Both the position numbers and the translations under genes were made by a program. Shown piece after piece: positions 12,279 through 24,881 of a stretch of 64,000 bases of DNA. The notes beneath the pieces were generated by a model. That model ran no database searches. It saw only the letters and a program-made list of their open reading frames with translations, and was not told the DNA's origin. The stretch spans positions 4,774,001 to 4,838,000 of the forward strand of contig OZ059894.1 of the NCBI GenBank assembly GCA_964057225.1, given 5' to 3'. The stretch is from Auanema rhodensis (taxonomy: Eukaryota; Animalia; Nematoda). Every line of letters begins with the position of its first letter. The first letter of the stretch is position 1.

Positions 12279-15084
12279 TTAAGCTGCGTCGATCTGTGTT
12301 ATCAGATTTGCGCTAGCTTAAAAATGCACCGAGATATCAACTGATATAAGTTCACACTTATATCCTCGATTTTCATCCTGAAGAATTAATTTTTTCGTTG
12401 AATAACATTGTCCATCGTCTTTGCCTTGAAAAATCGAATCTAAAAACATCTACTTTTCGCTAAATTATTTTGAAATTTTTCGAAAAAATTTTTGTCAAAA
12501 TGTTTTTGGAAGCAATGTTGAGTGTACATGGAAACTCAACATACACTAATGCATCATTTTTCAAACGATCATAACTAATTCTTGTATCAAGCGTTTTTCA
12601 ATGTAGTATAGTGCATTCGATGCGGATTTTTAAGCTGCGTCGATCTGTGTTATCAGATTTGCGCTAGCTTAAAAATGCACCGAGATATCAACTGATATAA
12701 GTTCACACTTATATCCTCGATTTTCACCCTGAAGAAATAATTTTTTCGTTGAATAACATCGTCCATCGTCTTTGTCTTGAAAAAAGGAATCTAAAAACAT
12801 CTACTTTTCGCTAAATTATTCTGAAATTTTTCGAAAAAATTTTTGTCAAAATGTTTTTGGAAGCAATGTTGAGTGTACATGGAAACTCAACATACACTAA
12901 TGCATCATTTTTCAAACGATCATAACTAATTTTTGTATCAAGCGTTTCTCAATGTAGTATAGTGCATTCGATGCGGATTTTTAAGCTGCGTCGATCTGTG
13001 TTATCAGATTTGCGCTAGCTTAAAAATGCACCGAGATATCAACTGATATAAGTTCACACTTATATCCTCGATTTTCACCCTGAAGAAATAATTTTTTCGT
13101 TGAATAACACTGTCTATCGTCTTTGCCTTGAGAAATGGAATCTAAAAACATCTACTTTTTGCTAAATTATTTTGAAATTTTTCGAAAAAATTTTTGTCAA
13201 AATGTTTTTGGAAGCAATGTTGAGTGTACATGGAAACTCAACATACACTAATGCATCATTTTTCAAACGATCATAACTAATTCTTGTATCAAGCGTTTTT
13301 CAATGTAGTATAGTGCATTCGATGCGGATTTTTAAGCTGCGTCGATCTGTGTTATCAGATTTGCGCTTGCTTAAAAATGCACCGAGATATCAACTGATAT
13401 AAGTTCACACTTATATCCTCGATTTTCACCCTGAAGAAATAATTTTTTCGTTGAATAACATTGTCCATCGTCTTTGCCTTGAAAAAAGGAATCTAAAAAC
13501 ATCTACTTTTTGCTAAATTATTTTGAAATTTTTCGAAAAAATTTTTGTCAAAATTTTTTGGAAGCAATGTTGAGTGTACATGGAAACTCAACATACACTA
13601 ATGCATCATTTTTCAAACGATCATAACTAATTTTTGTATCAAGCGTTTTTCAATGTAGTATAGTGCATTCGATGCGGATTTTTAAGCTGCGTCGATCTGT
13701 GTTATCAGATTTGCGCTAGCTTAAAAATGCACCGAGATATCAACTGATATAAGTTCACACTTATATCCTCGATTTTCATCCTGAAGAATTAATTTTTTCG
13801 TTGAATAACATTGTCCATCGTCTTTGCCTTGAAAAATCGAATCTAAAAACATCTACTTTTCGCTAAATTATTTTGAAATTTTTCGAAAAAATTTTTGTCA
13901 AAATGTTTTTGGAAGCAATGTTGAGTGTACATGGAAACTCAACATACACTAATGCATCATTTTTCAAACGATCATAACTAATTCTTGTATCAAGCGTTTT
14001 TCAATGTAGTATAGTGCATTCGATGCGGATTTTTAAGCTGCGTCGATCTGTGTTATCAGATTTGCGCTAGCTTAAAAATGCACCGAGATATCAACTGATA
14101 TAAGTTCACACTTATATCCTCGATTTTCACCCTGAAGAAATAATTTTTTCGTTGAATAACATCGTCCATCGTCTTTGTCTTGAAAAAAGGAATCTAAAAA
14201 CATCTACTTTTCGCTAAATTATTCTGAAATTTTTCGAAAAAATTTTTGTCAAAATGTTTTTGGAAGCAATGTTGAGTGTACATGGAAACTCAACATACAC
14301 TAATGCATCATTTTTCAAACGATCATAACTAATTTTTGTATCAAGCGTTTCTCAATGTAGTATAGTGCATTCGATGCGGATTTTTAAGCTGCGTCGATCT
14401 GTGTTATCAGATTTGCGCTAGCTTAAAAATGCACCGAGATATCAACTGATATAAGTTCACACTTATATCCTCGATTTTCACCCTGAAGAAATAATTTTTT
14501 CGTTGAATAACACTGTCTATCGTCTTTGCCTTGAGAAATGGAATCTAAAAACATCTACTTTTTGCTAAATTATTTTGAAATTTTTCGAAAAAATTTTTGT
14601 CAAAATGTTTTTGGAAGCAATGTTGAGTGTACATGGAAACTCAACATACACTAATGCATCATTTTTCAAACGATCATAACTAATTCTTGTATCAAGCGTT
14701 TTTCAATGTAGTATAGTGCATTCGATGCGGATTTTTAAGCTGCGTCGATCTGTGTTATCAGATTTGCGCTAGCTTAAAAATGCACCGAGATATCAACTGA
14801 TATAAGTTCACACTTATATCCTCGATTTTCACCCTGAAGAAATAATTTTTTCGTTGAATAACATTGTCCATCGTCTTTGCCTTGAAAAAAGGAATCTAAA
14901 AACATCTACTTTTTGCTAAATTATTTTGAAATTTTTCGAAAAAATTTTTGTCAAAATTTTTTGGAAGCAATGTTGAGTGTACATGGAAACTCAACATACA
15001 CTAATGCATCATTTTTCAAACGATCATAACTAATTTTTGTATCAAGCGTTTTTCAATGTAGTATAGTGCATTCGATGCGGATTT
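12279..15084. repeat. Tandem 4-monomer block (B,C',D',A) x2, 1,403-bp period
   Basis: Same variant order starts at 12279 and 13682. Confidence 0.82.
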
Positions 15085-18000
15085 TTAAGCTGCGTCGATC
15101 TGTGTTATCAGATTTGCGCTAGCTTAAAAATGCACCGAGATATCAACTGATATAAGTTCACACTTATATCCTCGATTTTCATCCTGAAGAATTAATTTTT
15201 TCGTTGAATAACATTGTCCATCGTCTTTGCCTTGAAAAATCGAATCTAAAAACATCTACTTTTCGCTAAATTATTTTGAAATTTTTCGAAAAAATTTTTG
15301 TCAAAATGTTTTTGGAAGCAATGTTGAGTGTACATGGAAACTCAACATACACTAATGCATCATTTTTCAAACGATCATAACTAATTCTTGTATCAAGCGT
15401 TTTTCAATGTAGTATAGTGCATTCGATGCGGATTTTTGAGCTGCGTCGATCTGTGTTATCAGATTTGCGCTAGCTTAAAAATGCACCGAGATATCAACTG
15501 ATATAAGTTCACACTTATATCCTCGATTTTCACCCTGAAGAAATAATTTTTTCGTTGAATAACATCGTCCATCGTCTTTGCCTTGAAAAAAGGAATCTAA
15601 AAACATCTACTTTTCGCTAAATTATTTTGAAATTTTTCGAAAAAATTTTTGTCAAAATGTTTTTGGAAGCAATGTTGAGTGTACATGGAAACTCAACATA
15701 CACTAATGCATCATTTTTCAAACGATCATAACTAATTTTTGTATCAAGCGTTTTTCAATGTAGTATAGTGCATTCGATGCGGATTTTTAAGCTGCGTCGA
15801 TCTGTGTTATCAGATTTGCGCTAGCTTAAAAATGCACCGAGATATCAACTGATATAAGTTCACACTTATATCCTCGATTTTCATCCTGAAGAATTAATTT
15901 TTTCGTTGAATAACATTGTCCATCGTCTTTGCCTTGAAAAATCGAATCTAAAAACATCTACTTTTCGCTAAATTATTTTGAAATTTTTCGAAAAAATTTT
16001 TGTCAAAATGTTTTTGGAAGCAATGTTGAGTGTACATGGAAACTCAACATACACTAATGCATCATTTTTCAAACGATCATAACTAATTCTTGTATCAAGC
16101 GTTTTTCAATGTAGTATAGTGCATTCGATGCGGATTTTTAAGCTGCGTCGATCTGTGTTATCAGATTTGCGCTAGCTTAAAAATGCACCGAGATATCAAC
16201 TGATATAAGTTCACACTTATATCCTCGATTTTCACCCTGAAGAAATAATTTTTTCGTTGAATAACATCGTCCATCGTCTTTGTCTTGAAAAAAGGAATCT
16301 AAAAACATCTACTTTTCGCTAAATTATTCTGAAATTTTTCGAAAAAATTTTTGTCAAAATGTTTTTGGAAGCAATGTTGAGTGTACATGGAAACTCAACA
16401 TACACTAATGCATCATTTTTCAAACGATCATAACTAATTTTTGTATCAAGCGTTTCTCAATGTAGTATAGTGCATTCGATGCGGATTTTTAAGCTGCGTC
16501 GATCTGTGTTATCAGATTTGCGCTAGCTTAAAAATGCACCGAGATATCAACTGATATAAGTTCACACTTATATCCTCGATTTTCACCCTGAAGAAATAAT
16601 TTTTTCGTTGAATAACACTGTCTATCGTCTTTGCCTTGAGAAATGGAATCTAAAAACATCTACTTTTTGCTAAATTATTTTGAAATTTTTCGAAAAAATT
16701 TTTGTCAAAATGTTTTTGGAAGCAATGTTGAGTGTACATGGAAACTCAACATACACTAATGCATCATTTTTCAAACGATCATAACTAATTTTTGTATCAA
16801 GCGTTTCTCAATGTAGTATAGTGCATTCGATGCGGATTTTTAAGCTGCGTCGATCTGTGTTATCAGATTTGCGCTAGCTTAAAAATGCACCGAGATATCA
16901 ACTGATATAAGTTCACACTTATATCCTCGATTTTCATCCTGAAGAATTAATTTTTTCGTTGAATAACATTGTCCATCGTCTTTGCCTTGAAAAATCGAAT
17001 CTAAAAACATCTACTTTTCGCTAAATTATTTTGAAATTTTTCGAAAAAATTTTTGTCAAAATTTTTTGGAAGCAATGTTGAGTGTACATGGAAACTCAAC
17101 ATACACTAATGCATCATTTTTCAAACGATCATAACTAATTTTTGTATCAAGCGTTTTTCAATGTAGTATAGTGCATTCGATGCGGATTTTTAAGCTGCGT
17201 CGATCTGTGTTATCAGATTTGCGCTAGCTTAAAAATGCACCGAGATATCAACTGATATAAGTTCACACTTATATCCTCGATTTTCATCCTGAAGAATTAA
17301 TTTTTTTGTTGAATAACATTGTCCATCGTCTTTGCCTTGAAAAATCGAATCTAAAAACATCTACTTTTCGCTAAATTATTTTGAAATTTTTCGAAAAAAT
17401 TTTTGTCAAAATGTTTTTGGAAGCAATGTTGAGTGTACATGGAAACTCAACATACACTAATGCATCATTTTTCAAACGATCATAACTAATTTTTGTATCA
17501 AGCGTTTTTCAATGTAGTATAGTGCATTCGATGCGGATTTTTAAGCTGCGTCGATCTGTGTTATCAGATTTGCGCTAGCTTAAAAATGCACCGAGATATC
17601 AACTGATATAAGTTCACACTTATATCCTCGATTTTCACCCTGAAGAAATAATTTTTTCGTTGAATAACACTGTCTATCGTCTTTGCCTTGAGAAATGGAA
17701 TCTAAAAACATCTACTTTTTGCTAAATTATTTTGAAATTTTTCGAAAAAATTTTTGTCAAAATGTTTTTGGAAGCAATGTTGAGTGTACATGGAAACTCA
17801 ACATACACTAATGCATCATTTTTCAAACGATCATAACTAATTTTTGTATCAAGCGTTTCTCAATGTAGTATAGTGCATTCGATGCGGATTTTTAAGCTGC
17901 GTCGATCTGTGTTATCAGATTTGCGCTAGCTTAAAAATGCACCGAGATATCAACTGATATAAGTTCACACTTATATCCTCGATTTTCACCCTGAAGAAAT

Positions 18001-21000
18001 AATTTTTTCGTTGAATAACATTGTCCATCGTCTTTGCCTTGAAAAAAGGAATCTAAAAACATCTACTTTTTGCTAAATTATTTTGAAATTTTTCGAAAAA
18101 ATTTTTGTCAAAATTTTTTGGAAGCAATGTTGAGTGTACATGGAAACTCAACATACACTAATGCATCATTTTTCAAACGATCATAACTAATTTTTGTATC
18201 AAGCGTTTTTCAATGTAGTATAGTGCATTCGATGCGGATTTTTAAGCTGCGTCGATCTGTGTTATCAGATTTGCGCTAGCTTAAAAATGCACCGAGATAT
18301 CAACTGATATAAGTTCACACTTATATCCTCGATTTTCATCCTGAAGAATTAATTTTTTCGTTGAATAACATTGTCCATCGTCTTTGCCTTGAAAAATCGA
18401 ATCTAAAAACATCTACTTTTCGCTAAATTATTCTGAAATTTTTCGAAAAAATTTTTGTCAAAATTTTTTGGAAGCAATGTTGAGTGTACATGGAAACTCA
18501 ACATACACTAATGCATCATTTTTCAAACGATCATAACTAATTTTTGTATCAAGCGTTTTTCAATGTAGTATAGTGCATTCGATGCGGATTTTTAAGCTGC
18601 GTCGATCTGTGTTATCAGATTTGCGCTAGCTTAAAAATGCACCGAGATATCAACTGATATAAGTTCACACTTATATCCTCGATTTTCATCCTGAAGAATT
18701 AATTTTTTTGTTGAATAACATTGTCCATCGTCTTTGCCTTGAAAAATCGAATCTAAAAACATCTACTTTTCGCTAAATTATTTTGAAATTTTTCGAAAAA
18801 ATTTTTGTCAAAATGTTTTTGGAAGCAATGTTGAGTGTACATGGAAACTCAACATACACTAATGCATCATTTTTCAAACGATCATAACTAATTTTTGTAT
18901 CAAGCGTTTTTCAATGTAGTATAGTGCATTCGATGCGGATTTGTAAGCTGCGTCGATCTGTGTTATCAGATTTGCGCTAGCTTAAAAATGCACCGAGATA
19001 TCAACTGATATAAGTTCACACTTATATCCTCGATTTTCATCCTGAAGAATTAATTTTTTCGTTGAATAACATTGTCCATCGTCTTTGCCTTGAAAAATCG
19101 AATCTAAAAACATCTACTTTTCGCTAAATTATTTTGAAATTTTTCGAAAAAATTTTTGTCAAAATGTTTTTGGAAGCAATGTTGAGTGTACATGGAAACT
19201 CAACATACACTAATGCATCATTTTTCAAACGATCATAACTAATTCTTGTATCAAGCGTTTTTCAATGTAGTATAGTGCATTCGATGCGGATTTTTGAGCT
19301 GCGTCGATCTGTGTTATCAGATTTGCGCTAGCTTCAAAATGCACCGAGATATCAACTGATATAAGTTCACACTTATATCCTCGATTTTCACCCTGAAGAA
19401 ATAATTTTTTCGTTGAATAACATCGTCCATCGTCTTTGCCTTGAAAAAAGGAATCTAAAAACATCTACTTTTCGCTAAATTATTTTGAAATTTTTCGAAA
19501 AAATTTTTGTCAAAATGTTTTTGGAAGCAATGTTGAGTGTACATGGAAACTCAACATACACTAATGCATCATTTTTCAAACGATCATAACTAATTTTTGT
19601 ATCAAGCGTTTTTCAATGTAGTATAGTGCATTCGATGCGGATTTTTAAGCTGCGTCGATCTGTGTTATCAGATTTGCGCTAGCTTAAAAATGCACCGAGA
19701 TATCAACTGATATAAGTTCACACTTATATCCTCGATTTTCATCCTGAAGAAATAATTTTTTCGTTGAATAACACTGTCTATCGTCTTTGCCTTGAGAAAT
19801 GGAATCTAAAAACATCTACTTTTTGCTAAATTATTTTGAAATTTTTCGAAAAAATTTTTGTCAAAATGTTTTTGGAAGCAATGTTGAGTGTACATGGAAA
19901 CTCAACATACACTAATGCATCATTTTTCAAACGATCATAACTAATTTTTGTATCAAGCGTTTCTCAATGTAGTATAGTGCATTCGATGCGGATTTTTAAG
20001 CTGCGTCGATCTGTGTTATCAGATTTGCGCTAGCTTAAAAATGCACCGAGATATCAACTGATATAAGTTCACACTTATATCCTCGATTTTCACCCTGAAG
20101 AAATAATTTTTTCGTTGAATAACATTGTTCATCGTCTTTGCCTTGAAAAAAGGAATCTAAAAACATCTACTTTTCGCTAAATTATTTTGAAATTTTTCGA
20201 AAAAATTTTTGTCAAAATTTTTTGGAAGCAATGTTGAGTGTACATGGAAACTCAACATACACTAATGCATCATTTTTCAAACGATCATAACTAATTTTTG
20301 TATCAAGCGTTTTTCAATGTAGTATAGTGCATTCGATGCGGATTTTTAAGCTGCGTCGATCTGTGTTATCAGATTTGCGCTAGCTTAAAAATGCACCGAG
20401 ATATCAACTGATATAAGTTCACACTTATATCCTCGATTTTCATCCTGAAGAATTAATTTTTTCGTTGAATAACATTGTCCATCGTCTTTGCCTTGAAAAA
20501 TCGAATCTAAAAACATCTACTTTTCGCTAAATTATTTTGAAATTTTTCGAAAAAATTTTTGTCAAAATTTTTTGGAAGCAATGTTGAGTGTACATGGAAA
20601 CTCAACATACACTAATGCATCATTTTTCAAACGATCATAACTAATTTTTGTATGAAGCGTTTTTCAATGTAGTATAGTGCATTCGATGCGGATTTTTAAG
20701 CTGCGTCGATCTGTGTTATCAGATTTGCGCTAGCTTAAAAATGCACCGAGATATCAACTGATATAAGTTCACACTTATATCCTCGATTTTCATCCTGAAG
20801 AATTAATTTTTTTGTTGAATAACATTGTCCATCGTCTTTGCCTTGAAAAAAGGATTCTAAAAACATCTACTTTTTGCTAAATTATACTGAAATTTTTTGA
20901 AAAAATTTTTGTCAAAATGTTTTTGGAAGCAATGTTGAGTGTACATGGAAACTCAACATACACTAATGCATCATTTTTCAAACGATCATAACTAATTTTT

Positions 21001-21046
21001 GTATCAAGCGTTTCTCAATGTAGTATAGTGCATTCGATGCGGATTT

Positions 21047-24000
21047 TTAAGCAGCGTCGATCTGTGTTATCAGATTTGCGCTAGCTTAAAAATGCACCGA
21101 GATATCAACTGATACAAGTTCACACTTATATCCTCGATTTTCACCCTGAAGAAATAATTTTTTCGTTGAATAACATTGTCCATCGTGTTTGCCTTGAAAA
21201 AAGGATTCTAAAAACATCTACTTTTTGCTAAATTATTTTGAAATTTTTCGAAAAAATTTTTGTCAAAATGTTTTTGGAAGCAATGTTGAGTGTACATGGA
21301 AACTCAACATACACTAATGCATCATTTTTCAAACGATCATAACTAATTTTTGTATCAAGCGTTTCTCAATGTAGTATAGTGCATTCGATGCGGATTTGTA
21401 AGCTGCGTCGATCTGTGTTATCAGATTTGCGCTAGCTTAAAAATGCACCGAGATATCAACTGATATAAGTTCACACTTATATCCTCGATTTTCACCCTGA
21501 AGAAATAATTTTTTCGTTGAATAACATTGTCCATCGTCTTTGCCTTGAAAAAAGGAATCTAAAAACATCTACTTTTTGCTAAATTATTTTGAAATTTTTC
21601 GAAAAAATTTTTGTCAAAATTTTTTGGAAGCAATGTTGAGTGTACATGGAAACTCAACATACACTAATGCATCATTTTTCAAACGATCATAACTAATTTT
21701 TGTATCAAGCGTTTTTCAATGTAGTATAGTGCATTCGATGCGGATTTTTAAGCTGCGTCGATCTGTGTTATCAGATTTGCGCTAGCTTAAAAATGCACCG
21801 AGATATCAACTGATATAAGTTCACACTTATATCCTCGATTTTCATCCTGAAGAATTAATTTTTTCGTTGAATAACATTGTCCATCGTCTTTGCCTTGAAA
21901 AATCGAATCTAAAAACATCTACTTTTCGCTAAATTATTTTGAAATTTTTCGAAAAAATTTTTGTCAAAATTTTTTGGAAGCAATGTTGAGTGTACATGGA
22001 AACTCAACATACACTAATGCATCATTTTTCAAACGATCATAACTAATTTTTGTATCAAGCGTTTTTCAATGTAGTATAGTGCATTCGATGCGGATTTTTA
22101 AGCTGCGTCGATCTGTGTTATCAGATTTGCGCTAGCACCGAGATATCAACTGATATAAGTTCACACTTATATCCTCGATTTTCATCCTGAAGAATTAATT
22201 TTTTTGTTGAATAACATTGTCCATCGTCTTTGCCTTGAAAAATCGAATCTAAAAACATCTACTTTTCGCTAAATTATTTTGAAATTTTTCGAAAAAATTT
22301 TTGTCAAAATTTTTTGGAAGCAATGTTGAGTGTACATGGAAACTCAACATACACTAATGCATCATTTTTCAAACGATCATAACTAATTTTTGTATCAAGC
22401 GCTTTTCAATGTAGTATAGTGCATTCGATGCGGATTTGTAAGCTGCGTCGATCTGTGTTATCAGATTTGCGCTAGCTTAAAAATGCACCGAGATATCAAC
22501 TGATACAAGTTCACACTTATATCCTCGATTTTCACCCTGAAGAAATAATTTTTTCGTTGAATAACATTGTCCATCGTGTTTGCCTTGAAAAAAGGATTCT
22601 AAAAACATCTACTCTTTGCTAAATTATTTTGAAATTTTTCGAAAAAATTTTTGTCAAAATGTTTTTGGAAGCAATGTTGAGTGTACATGGAAACTCAACA
22701 TACACTAATGCATCATTTTTCAAACGATCATAACTAATTTTTGTATCAAGCGTTTTTTAATGTAGTATAGTGCATTCGATGCGGATTTTTAAGCAGCGTC
22801 GATCTGTGTTATCAGATTTGCGCTAGCTTAAAAATGCACCGAGATATCAACTGATACAAGTTCACACTTATATCCTCGATTTTCACCCTGAAGAAATAAT
22901 TTTTTCGTTGAATAACATTGTCCATCGTGTTTGCCTTGAAAAAAGGATTCTAAAAACATCTACTTTTTGCTAAATTATTTTGAAATTTTTCGAAAAAATT
23001 TTTGTCAAAATGTTTTTGGAAGCAATGTTGAGTGTACATGGAAACTCAACATACACTAATGCATCATTTTTCAAACGATCATAACTAATTTTTGTATCAA
23101 GCGTTTCTCAATGTAGTATAGTGCATTCGATGCGGATTTGTAAGCTGCGTCGATCTGTGTTATCAGATTTGCGCTAGCTTAAAAATGCACCGAGATATCA
23201 ACTGATATAAGTTCACACTTATATCCTCGATTTTCACCCTGAAGAAATAATTTTTTCGTTGAATAACATTGTCCATCGTCTTTGCCTTGAAAAAAGGAAT
23301 CTAAAAACATCTACTTTTTGCTAAATTATTTTGAAATTTTTCGAAAAAATTTTTGTCAAAATTTTTTGGAAGCAATGTTGAGTGTACATGGAAACTCAAC
23401 ATACACTAATGCATCATTTTTCAAACGATCATAACTAATTTTTGTATCAAGCGTTTTTCAATGTAGTATAGTGCATTCGATGCGGATTTTTAAGCTGCGT
23501 CGATCTGTGTTATCAGATTTGCGCTAGCTTAAAAATGCACCGAGATATCAACTGATATAAGTTCACACTTATATCCTCGATTTTCATCCTGAAGAATTAA
23601 TTTTTTCGTTGAATAACATTGTCCATCGTCTTTGCCTTGAAAAATCGAATCTAAAAACATCTACTTTTCGCTAAATTATTTTGAAATTTTTCGAAAAAAT
23701 TTTTGTCAAAATTTTTTGGAAGCAATGTTGAGTGTACATGGAAACTCAACATACACTAATGCATCATTTTTCAAACGATCATAACTAATTTTTGTATCAA
23801 GCGTTTTTCAATGTAGTATAGTGCATTCGATGCGGATTTTTAAGCTGCGTCGATCTGTGTTATCAGATTTGCGCTAGCACCGAGATATCAACTGATATAA
23901 GTTCACACTTATATCCTCGATTTTCATCCTGAAGAATTAATTTTTTTGTTGAATAACATTGTCCATCGTCTTTGCCTTGAAAAATCGAATCTAAAAACAT

Positions 24001-24530
24001 CTACTTTTCGCTAAATTATTTTGAAATTTTTCGAAAAAATTTTTGTCAAAATTTTTTGGAAGCAATGTTGAGTGTACATGGAAACTCAACATACACTAAT
24101 GCATCATTTTTCAAACGATCATAACTAATTTTTGTATCAAGCGCTTTTCAATGTAGTATAGTGCATTCGATGCGGATTTGTAAGCTGCGTCGATCTGTGT
24201 TATCAGATTTGCGCTAGCTTAAAAATGCACCGAGATATCAACTGATACAAGTTCACACTTATATCCTCGATTTTCACCCTGAAGAAATAATTTTTTCGTT
24301 GAATAACATTGTCCATCGTGTTTGCCTTGAAAAAAGGATTCTAAAAACATCTACTCTTTGCTAAATTATTTTGAAATTTTTCGAAAAAATTTTTGTCAAA
24401 ATGTTTTTGGAAGCAATGTTGAGTGTACATGGAAACTCAACATACACTAATGCATCATTTTTCAAACGATCATAACTAATTTTTGTATCAAGCGTTTCTC
24501 AATGTAGTATAGTGCATTCGATGCGGATTT
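21047..24530. repeat. Tandem duplication of a 5-monomer block (1,742-bp period) containing a 340-bp deletion monomer
   Basis: Private markers TAAGCAGCG, CATCGTGTT, the 10-bp deletion GCTAGC^ACCG, AAGCGCTTTT and ACTCTTTG all recur 1,742 bp apart (351+350+350+340+351). Confidence 0.93.
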
Positions 24531-24881
24531 TTAAGCTGCGTCGATCTGTGTTATCAGATTTGCGCTAGCTTAAAAATGCACCGAGATATCAACTGATATA
24601 AGTTCACACTTATATCCTCGATTTTCACCCTGAAGAAATAATTTTTTCGTTGAATAACATTGTCCATCGTCTTTGCCTTGAAAAAAGGAATCTAAAAACA
24701 TCTACTTTTTGCTAAATTATTTTGAAATTTTTCGAAAAAATTTTTGTCAAAATGTTTTTGGAAGCAATGTTGAGTGTACATGGAAACTCAACATACACTA
24801 ATGCATCATTTTTCAAACGATCATAACTAATTTTTGTATCAAGCGTTTCTCAATGTAGTATAGTGCATTCGATGCGGATTT
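24531..24881 (+). repeat. Representative consensus-type 351-bp monomer (M71)
   Basis: Carries the common allele at the diagnostic sites. Has one each of GCTAGC (NheI), GATATC (EcoRV), TTCGAA (BstBI), TGTACA (BsrGI) and ATGCAT (NsiI), and 12 CpG. Confidence 0.9.

Larger units (their letters stand above)
1..19644. repeat. Left haplotype domain (M1-M56): irregular higher-order repeats built on four monomer types A-B-C-D
   Basis: A = 350 bp with G224 deleted. B = CATCC/GAATTAA/AAATCGA. C = CATCGTCC. D = GTCTAT/GAGAAATGG. Markers CATCGTCC, CACTGTCT and TAATTCTTG are not seen after about 19.8 kb. Confidence 0.85.

Noticed and set aside
19225-19464. 79-aa minus-strand ORF from the ORF track
   Set aside because: It lies wholly in satellite. 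It exists only because M56 has two substitutions (A>G at 19296, A>C at 19335) that convert minus-strand TAA stops to CAA and GAA. The consensus has 7 stops per monomer in this frame, the ORF occurs once in 182 copies, and it has no recognisable motif.
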